From: Hansschlegelia sp.
Lineage (GTDB): Bacteria > Pseudomonadota > Alphaproteobacteria > Rhizobiales > Methylopilaceae
Direction: 5' to 3'
Length of the DNA: 64,000 nucleotides
Assembly (NCBI RefSeq): GCF_035538955.1
Contig: NZ_DATLJK010000013.1
Location: 159,922-223,921, forward strand
Under the pieces are notes generated by a model that was given only the letters and a program-made list of their open reading frames with translations, was not told the DNA's origin and ran no database searches. A program made the translations under genes and the position numbers. Positions 8,359 to 17,827 of the stretch are shown here, piece by piece (positions within the stretch are counted from its first letter, which is position 1; every line of letters begins with the position of its first letter).

Positions 8359-10736
8359 CTGCGCCGCACGACCCATCGTCCGAACGCGTTCTGATACTCG
8401 CGCCCCTCGGCAGGGACGCCCGGATCGCGCAATCGCTGATGCACGAGGCCGCGATCGCGTCTCTGATCGTTTCGGATCTTGATGAGCTGCTCCGTGGCCT
8501 GACCGAGACGGCGGGCTCTGTTCTCGTCACCGAGGAAGCGCTCCAGGGCGCCGACCTGTCCGGCCTCCGCGGCTGGATCGCTGATCAGCCGCCCTGGTCG
8601 GACATGCCCTTCGTGGTGCTGGTTCGACATGGCGGAGGCCGTGAACGCAATCCGGCCGCGACAAGGCTGTCGGAATTTCTCGGCAATGTGACGTTCGTCG
8701 AGCGGCCGTTTCATCCGACCACGCTGATCAGCGTCGTGCGAGCGGCTCTTCGCGGGCGCCGGCGGCAGTATGAGGCGCGCGCGCGGCTTGAGGCGCTGCG
8801 CGTCGAGCGGCAGCATTATCTGGACCTTTTCGAGAACATCGACGCCGGTTTCTGCACGTTCGAGATGAAGTTCGACGAGGCCGGGCGCCCCGTGGACTAC
8901 CGGTTCATCGAAACGAATCCGGCGTTCGAGGCGCAGACCGGGCTCTGCAATGCAGTGGGACGGTGGATGCGCGAGCTCGCTCCGAACCATGAGCCCCACT
9001 GGTTCGAGGCCTATGGGGGCGTCGCGATGACGGGCGAGCCCATTCGGTTCGAAAGCACCGCGAAGGAGCTTGGACAACGCTGGTTCGACGTCCACGCCTT
9101 CCGCGTCGACAAACCCGAACAGCGTCGGGTGGCGGCGCTGTTCAATGACATCACGCCGCGGCGTAAGCTCGAGCTCCAGCTCCGTCAGCTGAATGAAGGC
9201 CTCGAGGCTCAGGTCGCGGAGCGCACGGCTGAGCGGGACAGGGTCTGGAGGAACTCGCGCGACCTTCTGATCGTCGTCGGGACCGACGGCGTGTTCCGCG
9301 CGGTCAATCCCGCCTGGACAGCCATTCTCGGCCATCCATACGAAGATGTGGTCGGCCGGAGCTTCCGAGATTTCATCTGGCCCGAGGATCTCGCCGTGAC
9401 GGAAGCGGCGCTCCACGAAGCGTCGGAAGCGCGCGACCTGACCAATTTCGAGAACCGGTTCTGTCACATTGACGGGACGCCACGCTGGGTCTCCTGGCGG
9501 ACCTCGGCGGAGGGCGAGCTCATCTATGCGTACGGACGCGAGATAACCGCCGAGAAGCAACAGGCTGCGGCGCTCGTCCAGGCCGAAGAGGCGCTCAGGC
9601 AGTCGCAGAAACTCGAGGCCGTCGGGCAGCTGACCGGCGGCGTCGCGCATGACTTCAACAACCTTCTGACGATCATCCGGTCGTCGGTCGATTTCCTGAG
9701 GCGGCCGGACCTGCCGGAAGAGCGTCGCCGGCGGTATGTCGAGGCGATTTCGGAGACCACCGATCGCGCCGCGCGGCTGACCGGCCAGTTGCTCGCCTTC
9801 GCGCGCCGGCAGGCGCTCAACCCGGAGGTGTTCGAGGTCAGCGCTTGCGTCTCGGCGCTGACCGACATGCTGGACACTGTCACGGGCGCGCGCGTGAAAG
9901 TTGTGAGCGCCTTTCCGAACCGGCCGTGCTTCGTGAAAGCGGATCGAAGCCAGTTCGAGACGGCCGTCGTCAACATGGCGGTCAATGCGCGAGACGCGAT
10001 GAACGGCGAGGGGGTTCTGACGCTTCGGGTCGCCTGCGGCACCGGGCTGCCGCCGATCCGAGGACAGGCCGCCAGCAGGAAGCCATTCGTCGCGGTGTCT
10101 CTGGCGGACACGGGCGAAGGCATCGCCCCGGGCATCATCTCCCAGATATTCGAGCCGTTTTACACCACCAAGGAGATCGGCAAGGGCACCGGTCTCGGCT
10201 TGTCGCAGGTGTTCGGCTTCGCCAAGCAGTCCGGCGGGGACGTGGCGGTGGAAAGCACGCCAGGCGCCGGCGCGACCTTCACGATCTATCTTCCTGAAGT
10301 TCCGGAGGCCGCGGAGCCAGCCCCCAAGCGTCGACTCGATGAGCCTGCGCCGGTCGGTGACGGACGGCGGGTGCTGATCGTCGAGGACAATGTGGAGGTC
10401 GGCGGCTTCGCGACTCAAACGCTGCAGGATCTCGGTTACGTGACGAGTTGGGCGATGAACGCCTCGGAAGCTCTCGTCATGCTCAAAGATCCCGGCGCGC
10501 GGTTCGACGTGGTGTTTTCCGACGTCGTGATGCCCGGCATGAACGGGGTCGATCTCGCTCGGGAAATTCGGCGGCTGACCCCTGAATTGCCGGTCGTCCT
10601 GGCGTCGGGCTACAGCGACGTGCTGGCCCAGGAAGGACGCTCCGGATTCGAGCTTCTGCAGAAGCCTTATTCGGTCGAGGAGCTGTCTCGCGTCCTGCGG
10701 CTCGCCATCTCCAACTCCTTCGGTTCAGGAGACTGA
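8355..10736 (+). CDS. Hybrid sensor histidine kinase (pseudo-receiver, PAS x2, HisKA, HATPase, REC)
   Basis: H-box GGVAHDFNNLL; N/G boxes (NARDAM, DTGEGI, FEPFYTTK, GTGLGL); C-terminal REC (VFSDVVMPG, LQKP); GTGA overlap with the KaiC-like stop. Confidence 0.95.
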   Translation: MTAPHDPSSERVLILAPLGRDARIAQSLMHEAAIASLIVSDLDELLRGLTETAGSVLVTEEALQGADLSGLRGWIADQPPWSDMPFVVLVRHGGGRERNPAATRLSEFLGNVTFVERPFHPTTLISVVRAALRGRRRQYEARARLEALRVERQHYLDLFENIDAGFCTFEMKFDEAGRPVDYRFIETNPAFEAQTGLCNAVGRWMRELAPNHEPHWFEAYGGVAMTGEPIRFESTAKELGQRWFDVHAFRVDKPEQRRVAALFNDITPRRKLELQLRQLNEGLEAQVAERTAERDRVWRNSRDLLIVVGTDGVFRAVNPAWTAILGHPYEDVVGRSFRDFIWPEDLAVTEAALHEASEARDLTNFENRFCHIDGTPRWVSWRTSAEGELIYAYGREITAEKQQAAALVQAEEALRQSQKLEAVGQLTGGVAHDFNNLLTIIRSSVDFLRRPDLPEERRRRYVEAISETTDRAARLTGQLLAFARRQALNPEVFEVSACVSALTDMLDTVTGARVKVVSAFPNRPCFVKADRSQFETAVVNMAVNARDAMNGEGVLTLRVACGTGLPPIRGQAASRKPFVAVSLADTGEGIAPGIISQIFEPFYTTKEIGKGTGLGLSQVFGFAKQSGGDVAVESTPGAGATFTIYLPEVPEAAEPAPKRRLDEPAPVGDGRRVLIVEDNVEVGGFATQTLQDLGYVTSWAMNASEALVMLKDPGARFDVVFSDVVMPGMNGVDLAREIRRLTPELPVVLASGYSDVLAQEGRSGFELLQKPYSVEELSRVLRLAISNSFGSGD

Positions 10737-10896
10737 GGCCAGTTCCCCCCGGACCGGCAGGGTGGCCGCCGCGTCTCTCGGGCGCGTAAACGCGGCCGCT
10801 CCGCTTCGTGATTGAGAGCAGTCGATTCACGCGCTGCGCAATGTTGACTCCGGACGCAAGTGAGACTCCTTTCACGGCAGCTAAACACTTGCGCTG

Positions 10897-10913
10897 TTTG
10901 GAGTAATTATAAT
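10897..10913 (+). promoter_or_regulatory. Possible Irr-type iron control element (ICE)-like site
   Basis: TTTGGAG-TAA-TTATAAT matches 11/14 positions of TTTRGAA-N3-TTCYAAA and overlaps the start of an Fe3+ transporter; weak. Confidence 0.3.
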
Positions 10914-11937
10914 GAAAAAGTTGGACCGGCGTACTTTTGCGGCTGGCCTCGCCGCAGTCGGCGGAGCCACGTTGCTCGGAGCAGGGCGGAGCGTTCGGGC
11001 CGCCGAGGGCGGCGCGCTGACCCTCTACAATGGCCAGCATGCAGAGACGACCAACGCCATCGTCGAGGCCTTTGCGCGGCAGACGGGGATTGAGGTCGCC
11101 ATCCGTCGCGGCAACAGCGCCCAGCTCGCTAACCAGATCATCGAGGAAGGCGAGGCCTCGCCGGCCGACGTATTCTATTCGGAGGAGAGCGCGCCCATCG
11201 CCGCGCTCGCCGCCCGCGGCCTGCTCGCGCCGGCGTCGCCCGACACCATCGGGCAGGTCCATTCGCGCTTCGCGGCGAAGGACGGCTCCTGGGTGGGCGT
11301 CAGCGCGCGCTGCCGGGTGGTGGCCTACAATGTCGACATGATCCAGCCCGCCGCGCTGCCGGCCTCGCTGATGGATTTCGCCAAGCCGGAATGGCGCGGC
11401 CGCGTCGGCTTCGTGCCGACGAGCGGCGAGTTCCAGGCGCAGGCCCTCGCGATCGTCAAGCTCAAGGGGCGGGACGCCGCAGTCAGCTGGCTGAAGGGCC
11501 TCAAGGACAATGGCCGCGTCTACAACGGCAATGTCGCAGCGGTTCAGGCGGTGCAGCGCGGGGAGATCCCGACCGCGCTGGTCAACAACTACTACTGGTT
11601 CCGCGTTGCGGACGAGGTCGGCGCCGACAGGATGAAGTGCCAGCTGCACTATCTCGGCCACAAGGATCCCGGCGCGCTGGTGACCCTCTCCGGCGCCGGG
11701 GTTCTGAAGTCGAGCAAGCGCCAGGAGATGGCGCAGCGGTTCCTGGCCTTCATGGTGAGCGTGCCGGGCCAGCAGGCGCTCGTCGGCGCCGTCGCCGAAT
11801 ATCCGGTGCGGTCCGACGTCAAGTCGCCTTACGCGTTGAAGCCGCTCGACGAACTCGATCCGCCGGACGTCACCCCTGAGGACATTGCGGACTCCGATCT
11901 CGCGCGCGACCTGCGCCGCGAGGCCGGGCTCGCTTGA
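10912..11937 (+). CDS. Fe3+ ABC transporter substrate-binding protein (FbpA/AfuA type)
   Basis: Twin-arginine leader (LDRRTFAAG); LYNGQH and VNNYYW iron-ligand motifs. Confidence 0.92.
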   Translation: MKKLDRRTFAAGLAAVGGATLLGAGRSVRAAEGGALTLYNGQHAETTNAIVEAFARQTGIEVAIRRGNSAQLANQIIEEGEASPADVFYSEESAPIAALAARGLLAPASPDTIGQVHSRFAAKDGSWVGVSARCRVVAYNVDMIQPAALPASLMDFAKPEWRGRVGFVPTSGEFQAQALAIVKLKGRDAAVSWLKGLKDNGRVYNGNVAAVQAVQRGEIPTALVNNYYWFRVADEVGADRMKCQLHYLGHKDPGALVTLSGAGVLKSSKRQEMAQRFLAFMVSVPGQQALVGAVAEYPVRSDVKSPYALKPLDELDPPDVTPEDIADSDLARDLRREAGLA

Positions 11938-13487
11938 CGCTCGCGCTGGCAGGCGGGGATCGGCGGCAGGCGGGGCCGCCGAGCTGGCTGACGCTCGCCG
12001 TCTTCGCGCCGACGGCGCTGATCTCCCTGCCGCTCGCCTATGTGGCGGCCCGCGCCTGGCAAGCGGGCCTCGCCGGCGTGACGGAGGAGCTGTTCCGGGC
12101 CCGCACCGCGGAGCTCCTGCTCAACACCGTGACGCTGGCGGGTTCGGTGACGGCTCTGTCGGCCCTCATCGGCGTCGCGGTCGCCTGGTGCGTCGAGCGG
12201 TCCGACATTCCGGGCCGGCGCTGGTGGCGTGTCGTGGCCGCGCTGCCGCTCGCGGTCCCAGCCTTCGTGGCGAGCTTCGCCTGGGCCTCGATGGGCGTCG
12301 CGTTCCAGACGCTGCCGGGCGCGGTTCTGATCCTCACCCTGTCGCATTATCCGCTGGTCTATCTGCCGGTGGCCGCCGCGCTGCGGGGCATGGACCCGGC
12401 GTTCGATGACGTCGCCCGCTCGCTCGGTCGGGCGCCTTGGTCGCGATTCGTGAGCGTGACGCTGCCCCAGGCGTGGCCGGCGCTGGGCGCCGGCGCGCTG
12501 CTTGTGCTGACCCACATGTTCGCCGAGTTCGGCGCGCTCGCGCTGCTTCGTGTCCAGACCTTCACGACCGCGATCTTCGAATCCTATGAGCTCGAGTTCG
12601 ACGGCGGCACGGCTGCCCTGCAGTCGGCGGTGCTGCTCGCGCTTGCGCTGCCGCCGGCCCTGTTCGAGATGAGGCTGCGGCGGGATCTGCGGTTTGCGCG
12701 CGTCGGCAAGGGAGGACGTCGGCAGCCGCCGCTCACCGAGCTTGGCCGCGCCAAGCCGCTCGTTCTGCTGGGAATGGCGGCGTTGACCGCCCTCGCGCTC
12801 GGGGCGCCCTGCGCCGTGCTTGTCTACTGGCTCGCGGTCGGCAAATCGCTCGGCCATGCCGCAGCCGACATCTGGCCGGCCGTGAAGGGGTCGTTGACGC
12901 TGGCGCTGCCGGGCGCGCTCGTCGTCACGGCGCTCGCCGCGCCGCTCGCGCTCGCCGCCACGCGCCACCGGGGACGGCTGTCGGGTCTGGCTGAGCGGCT
13001 GCCATATGTGGTCCACGGCCTGCCCGGCCTCGTCGTCGCCCTTGCGCTGGTGTTCTTCGCCATCCGCTTCTTTCCGGAGATCTACCAGACCGTCGGGCTG
13101 TTGTTCGCGGCCTATGCGGTGCTGGCCCTGCCGCTCGCCCAGTCGGCCCTGCGCGCCTCTCTCGAGCTTGCGCCGGCGCGGTTCGAGGAGGTGGCGCGAA
13201 GCCTGGGAAAGGGCCCGCTTGCGGCGTTCGTCGCCGTGACGCTTCCGAACATGCTGCCAGGCGTGGGCGCCGCGCTGGCGCTCATCACGCTCGAACTTGC
13301 GCGGGAGCTCACCGCAACGCTGATGCTGGCGCCGATCGGCGTCACCACCCTCGCCACCGAGGTGTGGTCGCAGGCGAATGAAGGGCGTTACGCGGCGGCG
13401 GCGCCGTTCGCCGCATTGCTGGTCGCGGTTTCGGCCATCCCCGTTTATGTGTTCACCCGCCGCAGCCTGGAGCTTCATGATCTCTGA
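11934..13487 (+). CDS. Fe3+ ABC transporter permease
   Basis: Duplicated hydrophobic permease halves with EAA-like loops (DDVARSLG, EEVARSLG); TTG start overlaps the upstream stop. Confidence 0.92.
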   Translation: MTLALAGGDRRQAGPPSWLTLAVFAPTALISLPLAYVAARAWQAGLAGVTEELFRARTAELLLNTVTLAGSVTALSALIGVAVAWCVERSDIPGRRWWRVVAALPLAVPAFVASFAWASMGVAFQTLPGAVLILTLSHYPLVYLPVAAALRGMDPAFDDVARSLGRAPWSRFVSVTLPQAWPALGAGALLVLTHMFAEFGALALLRVQTFTTAIFESYELEFDGGTAALQSAVLLALALPPALFEMRLRRDLRFARVGKGGRRQPPLTELGRAKPLVLLGMAALTALALGAPCAVLVYWLAVGKSLGHAAADIWPAVKGSLTLALPGALVVTALAAPLALAATRHRGRLSGLAERLPYVVHGLPGLVVALALVFFAIRFFPEIYQTVGLLFAAYAVLALPLAQSALRASLELAPARFEEVARSLGKGPLAAFVAVTLPNMLPGVGAALALITLELARELTATLMLAPIGVTTLATEVWSQANEGRYAAAAPFAALLVAVSAIPVYVFTRRSLELHDL

Positions 13488-14533
13488 TGACGAGCGTCCG
13501 CGTCCGCGAGGCGAAAAAGGCCTTCAACGGCCAGCCGGTGCTGCGTGGCGTCGACTTCGCGGTGCGCGAGGGCGCGATCGCCGCGCTGCTCGGCCCATCG
13601 GGCTGCGGCAAGACCACGCTGCTGCGGCTCATCGCGGGCTTTGAAAGGCTCGACGGCGGGACGATCGAGATCCATGGACGTGAGGTCGCGCGCGACGGCC
13701 TCCATGTGCCGCCCGAGCGGCGCAGGATCGGCTACGTTCCCCAGGAAGGAGCGCTGTTCCCGCATCTGACGGTCGCCGGAAATGTCGGCTTCGGGCTCGC
13801 CCGCCGGGAGCGGACGAAGGAGCGGATCGGCGACGTGCTGGCGCTGGTCGGCGTCGCGGAGCTCGCCGGGCGCTATCCGCATGAGCTTTCGGGGGGACAG
13901 CAGCAGCGCGTGGCGCTGGCGCGCGCGCTTGCGCCTCGGCCCGAGATCGTCCTGCTGGACGAGCCGTTCAACGGGCTCGATCTCGATCTTCGTCGCGCGG
14001 TGTCCGCCGAAGTCGTCGCGACGCTGCGGCGCTCCGGCGCCTCCGCCGTTCTGGTGACGCATGATCCCGAGGAGGCGTTCGCGAGCGCCGATACGGTCGC
14101 GGTGATGAACCATGGCGCGATCGCGCAGCAGGACGATCCGCGATCAGTTTATCTGCGGCCCGCCAGCGCGGAGGTCGCGCGGATTACGGGCGCGGCCGTG
14201 TTCCTCGACGCCACGATTCACGGCGCTATGGCTGAGACCGCGCTGGGCAGCATGCCGCTCGGCGCCGTCTCGCCCGGCGTGAACGGGGTTGCGCGGGTCT
14301 GCGTGCGGCCCGAACAGATCGTGCTCGGCGATCCCGGCTGCGGCCGCGCGGCGAAGATCGTGTCGCGCAGCTTCCGGGGCGATCATACGGTCCTGACCGT
14401 CGCGATCGGCGAGTTCCGGCTGCCGGTCCGGGCGCCGACCAGCTTCGTGGCCGACGACGCCGGCGAGGTGCAGGTTACGCTGGAGGGGTCCTGCGTCGCT
14501 TTCGCTCCAGCGCGGCCCCTCAAGCCGCTTTGA
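13487..14533 (+). CDS. Fe3+ ABC transporter ATP-binding protein
   Basis: GPSGCGKT, LSGGQQQR, LLDEP; C-terminal TOBE-like region. Confidence 0.95.
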   Translation: MTSVRVREAKKAFNGQPVLRGVDFAVREGAIAALLGPSGCGKTTLLRLIAGFERLDGGTIEIHGREVARDGLHVPPERRRIGYVPQEGALFPHLTVAGNVGFGLARRERTKERIGDVLALVGVAELAGRYPHELSGGQQQRVALARALAPRPEIVLLDEPFNGLDLDLRRAVSAEVVATLRRSGASAVLVTHDPEEAFASADTVAVMNHGAIAQQDDPRSVYLRPASAEVARITGAAVFLDATIHGAMAETALGSMPLGAVSPGVNGVARVCVRPEQIVLGDPGCGRAAKIVSRSFRGDHTVLTVAIGEFRLPVRAPTSFVADDAGEVQVTLEGSCVAFAPARPLKPL

Positions 14534-15956
14534 GGAACGGCGTCGCGAGCCGGAGATCCTCGACGAAGCGCGCGAACTCCGCGCGTTTGCGCTCCTCGTC
14601 CGGCACGCGCAGCAAATAGGATGGGTGAACGGTCACCAGCACGTCCGGCTCGCCGTCGCGCTTCAGGATCGAGCCGCGCGTCTCGCCGATCTTGACGACG
14701 CGCCCCATCACGGCCCGCGCTGCGGTCGCGCCCATCGCGACGACCAGCCGCGGCTTCAGCGTCGCCATCTCACGCTCCAGCCACGGCCGGCAGGCGGCGA
14801 TCTCGGTGGGGCCCGGCGTCTTGTGCAGCCGGAACTTCCCGCGCGGCTCGAACTTGAAGTGCTTCACGGCATTGGTGACGTAGACCTTGTCGCGCTCGAA
14901 GCCGGCCTCCTGGGCTGCGCGGTCGAACAGAGCCCCGGCTGGCCCCACAAAGGGCCGCCCCTGAATGTCCTCCTTGTCGCCGGGCTGCTCGCCGACGACC
15001 ATCACCTTGGCGTCGGCGGGCCCTTCGCCGAACACCGCCTGCGTGGCGTCGGCCCAGAGCGGGCAATTGCGGCATTCGTCGACCTCCGCCCGCAGCGCGT
15101 CGAGCGTCGACGGATCGTGAGGCGCAAGGCGCTCGGGCTGTTTCATCGGACGGTGACCCTTCTTCGGCTCGGTCGCCGGAGCTGCGACCATCGCGGCCGA
15201 CCGGGCGGCGGCGGACGCGATCAGGGGACGAATGAGCGAGGCCTCCGGAAGGTTGCGCCAGTATTTCTGCGGCATCTCGGACCGCATCGCGGCGACCTTG
15301 AGCCGCGCGGGATTGAAGATGCTCGCATAATAGGTCCGCCAGACGCTTTCGAGCCCGTCGCTGTCCGGCGCGTCGGAACGAGCCGCGCCGTCGCCGAAGA
15401 CAAGCTCCTCGCCGTCCCAATGCGCTGAGCGCTCCGGCGTCAGGATCGACCATCGCATCGAGGCGAAGCGGCGGACGAAGAATGGCGCGGTCGCCTCGAC
15501 GATGTGGTGCTCGGGCTCGAACCAGGCCACGAAATGCGCGCCTTCCGGGGTCGCGATTTCGCGGAAGCGCACGAAGGCGGTCATCTTGTGCTTGTCCCGC
15601 CGAACCGCCTTGGCGAGATCCCGGGCGCGCGCGACCTCTGGATCGGCTGCATCTTCCAAGAGAGCGCGGTTCGCCACGACGCGGGCGAGCAGACGGTAGA
15701 ACAGATCGAACCGAGTGGGGTCGCTGTGGAGAAGCCCCGTTTCGGCGAGCTCCAGAAAACCGCGGGCGACTGAGAATCCCTGCGGGGCCCCTGTGACAGG
15801 CGGGACCTCCTCGGCGGCGAACAGATCGTCGGGCTGACCCGAGACCGACCATACAATTGATGAGGCTGGCTCGCCGGCCGCGATCAGGCTTCGCGCAGCC
15901 GCGCGCCACCCCGCCACATCGGCGGGCCCGGCGAGAACAACGCGCCGCGGCGTCAA
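14520..15956 (-). CDS. DUF4130 + UdgX-family uracil-DNA binding protein fusion
   Basis: N-terminal KAVRRDKHKMTAFVRF / WFEPEHHIV / YYASIFNPARLK (DUF4130); C-terminal CRNC, GEQPG, NAVKHFK, KFRLHK, IAAC, HPSYLLR; TTG start 15956 overlaps the upstream TGA. Confidence 0.92.
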   Translation of the reverse strand: MTPRRVVLAGPADVAGWRAAARSLIAAGEPASSIVWSVSGQPDDLFAAEEVPPVTGAPQGFSVARGFLELAETGLLHSDPTRFDLFYRLLARVVANRALLEDAADPEVARARDLAKAVRRDKHKMTAFVRFREIATPEGAHFVAWFEPEHHIVEATAPFFVRRFASMRWSILTPERSAHWDGEELVFGDGAARSDAPDSDGLESVWRTYYASIFNPARLKVAAMRSEMPQKYWRNLPEASLIRPLIASAAARSAAMVAAPATEPKKGHRPMKQPERLAPHDPSTLDALRAEVDECRNCPLWADATQAVFGEGPADAKVMVVGEQPGDKEDIQGRPFVGPAGALFDRAAQEAGFERDKVYVTNAVKHFKFEPRGKFRLHKTPGPTEIAACRPWLEREMATLKPRLVVAMGATAARAVMGRVVKIGETRGSILKRDGEPDVLVTVHPSYLLRVPDEERKRAEFARFVEDLRLATPFLKAA

Positions 15957-17182
15957 AGGGAGAGCGCCAGCTGGCGCGGCGGCGGCGCGATGCGCTCGAG
16001 CAGCCGCTCCGATTCGAGCAGCCCGATTGACGGAACGTGGTCGGCCAGCCGGAGGAAGGGCAGGACCTTGCGCAGCGGAGCCTTCAGCCGCGCAAGGTCC
16101 TCGCAACGGATAGCGCGAAAGCGTCGCGCCGAGAGAATGCGATCCACCACCGTCTTGCCAAGCCCCGGGACGCGAAGCAGCTCCTCGCGCGAGGCGCGGC
16201 CGACATCGAGCGGAAACCGCTCCCGATGGCGCAGCGCCCAGGCGAGCTTCGGATCGACCGCCAAGTCGAGCATGCCGCCGCCTTCGGTGATTTCGTCGAC
16301 GGAGAAGCCGTAGAAACGCATCAGCCAGTCGGCCTGGTAGAGCCGGTGCTCCCGGACGAGCGGCGGCGCCTGCAGCGGCAGGGTGGCGCTCGCGTCCGGG
16401 ATCGGACTGAAGGCCGAATAGTACACGCGCTTCAGCCGGTAGGAGCCGTAGAGGCTTGCGGAGGTTCCGAGGATCGCTCGATCGTCGGACGCGTCCGCCC
16501 CGATGATCATCTGCGTGCTCTGGCCGGCGGGCGCGAACCGGGGCGCGCGCCGCTCGGCCTTCGCCTCTTCGATCCGGCCGCGAAGTCCGGCCATCGTGCG
16601 GCGCACCGCCCGGATGTCCTTTTCGGGCGCGAGCTGCTTCAGCGCGGTCTCCGTCGGCAGTTCGACATTGATCGACAGCCGATCGGCGTAAAGCCCGGCC
16701 TCAGCGAGCAGCTCCGGAGATGCGTCCGGGATCGTCTTGAGATGGATGTAGCCCTTGAAGCCGTGCTCCAGCCGAAGCGTGCGGGCGATGCGGACGACCT
16801 GCTCCATCGTATAGTCGGGGCTTCTCACGATGCCGGAGGAGAGGAACAGGCCCTCGATGTAGTTCCGCCGGTAGAAATCGAGGGTCAGCTTGACCACCTC
16901 GGCCACCGTGAACCGCGCCCGCGGCACGTTGCTGGAAGAGCGGTTGACACAATAGAGGCAATCGAACGCGCAGGCGTTCGTCAGCAGAATTTTCAGCAGC
17001 GAGATGCAGCGACCGTCAGGGGCGTAGGAGTGGCAGATGCCAGCGCCTTCCGTCGAGCCGAGCCCCTGTGGACCCGCGCCTTTGCCGCCTGCCGAGCTGC
17101 GCTTGTCTGTTCCGCTGGAGGCGCATGAGGCGTCGTATTTGGCCGCGTCGGCCAGGATCGCGAGCTTGCGGGCGATGTCCAA
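15953..17182 (-). CDS. Putative DNA modification/repair radical SAM protein with HhH motif
   Basis: AKYDASCASSG, GICHSYAPDGRCISLLK, CxxxCxxC (CAFDCLYC), REHRLYQADWLMRFYGF, HhH LLRVPGLG. Confidence 0.93.
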   Translation of the reverse strand: MDIARKLAILADAAKYDASCASSGTDKRSSAGGKGAGPQGLGSTEGAGICHSYAPDGRCISLLKILLTNACAFDCLYCVNRSSSNVPRARFTVAEVVKLTLDFYRRNYIEGLFLSSGIVRSPDYTMEQVVRIARTLRLEHGFKGYIHLKTIPDASPELLAEAGLYADRLSINVELPTETALKQLAPEKDIRAVRRTMAGLRGRIEEAKAERRAPRFAPAGQSTQMIIGADASDDRAILGTSASLYGSYRLKRVYYSAFSPIPDASATLPLQAPPLVREHRLYQADWLMRFYGFSVDEITEGGGMLDLAVDPKLAWALRHRERFPLDVGRASREELLRVPGLGKTVVDRILSARRFRAIRCEDLARLKAPLRKVLPFLRLADHVPSIGLLESERLLERIAPPPRQLALSL

Positions 17183-17218
17183 AACAGCAGGTCCTCCAGC
17201 GACGGCCTCCTGTTCTAT

Positions 17219-17233
17219 GTACCCTTTTTGTTC
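17219..17233 (-). promoter_or_regulatory. LexA (alphaproteobacterial SOS) box
   Basis: Minus strand GAAC-AAAAAGG-GTAC (GAAC-N7-GTAC variant), about 37 bp upstream of the radical SAM start. Confidence 0.7.
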
Positions 17234-17284
17234 ACATCAAGGGGTATGGCGGTACGCAAGCGCCGTTCGCGTACCGCCAAACCG

Positions 17285-17770
17285 TCAGAGAGCCTCCAGC
17301 AGGCGCTCCGCGCTCGAAAGATCGGCTTTGCCCGGCTGGTCCTCGACCGCGAGCTGCGTGACCGTCATGTCGTCGAGCACCATCGCGTAGCGCTTCGACC
17401 GGATGCCGAGCCCGCCGGCGGAGGCGTCGAGCTCCAGGCCGATCGCCTTGGCGAAATCCGCGCTGCCATCTGACAGGAACTCGATCTTGCCCTTGGCGCC
17501 GGTTGCGTTCGCCCAGGCGTCCATCACGAACGGGTCGTTGACTGCGGTCACTGCGACGACCTCGACGCCCTTGGCCGCAAGCGCGTCCATGTTGTTGAGG
17601 TAACCCGGCAGGTGGTTCTTGTGGCAGGTCGGCGTGAAAGCGCCCGGAACTGCGAACAGCACGGCTTTTTTCCCGCCGAAAATTTCGTCCGCCATGACGG
17701 TTTCGGGGCCGTTCGGCCCGAGGCGGCGGAAGGTGGTGTTCGGCAGCCTATCGCCGACTTTGATCGTCAT
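17285..17770 (-). CDS. Peroxiredoxin (Prx5 type)
   Basis: VPGAFTPTCHKNHLPGY, VNDPFVMDAW, RSKRYAM. Confidence 0.95.
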   Translation of the reverse strand: MTIKVGDRLPNTTFRRLGPNGPETVMADEIFGGKKAVLFAVPGAFTPTCHKNHLPGYLNNMDALAAKGVEVVAVTAVNDPFVMDAWANATGAKGKIEFLSDGSADFAKAIGLELDASAGGLGIRSKRYAMVLDDMTVTQLAVEDQPGKADLSSAERLLEAL

Positions 17771-17827
17771 GGCCGTCTCCTGAGGATCGCGAAGCCGCCG
17801 TCGCGGCCTCCAAGAAGTTCGCGAGAC

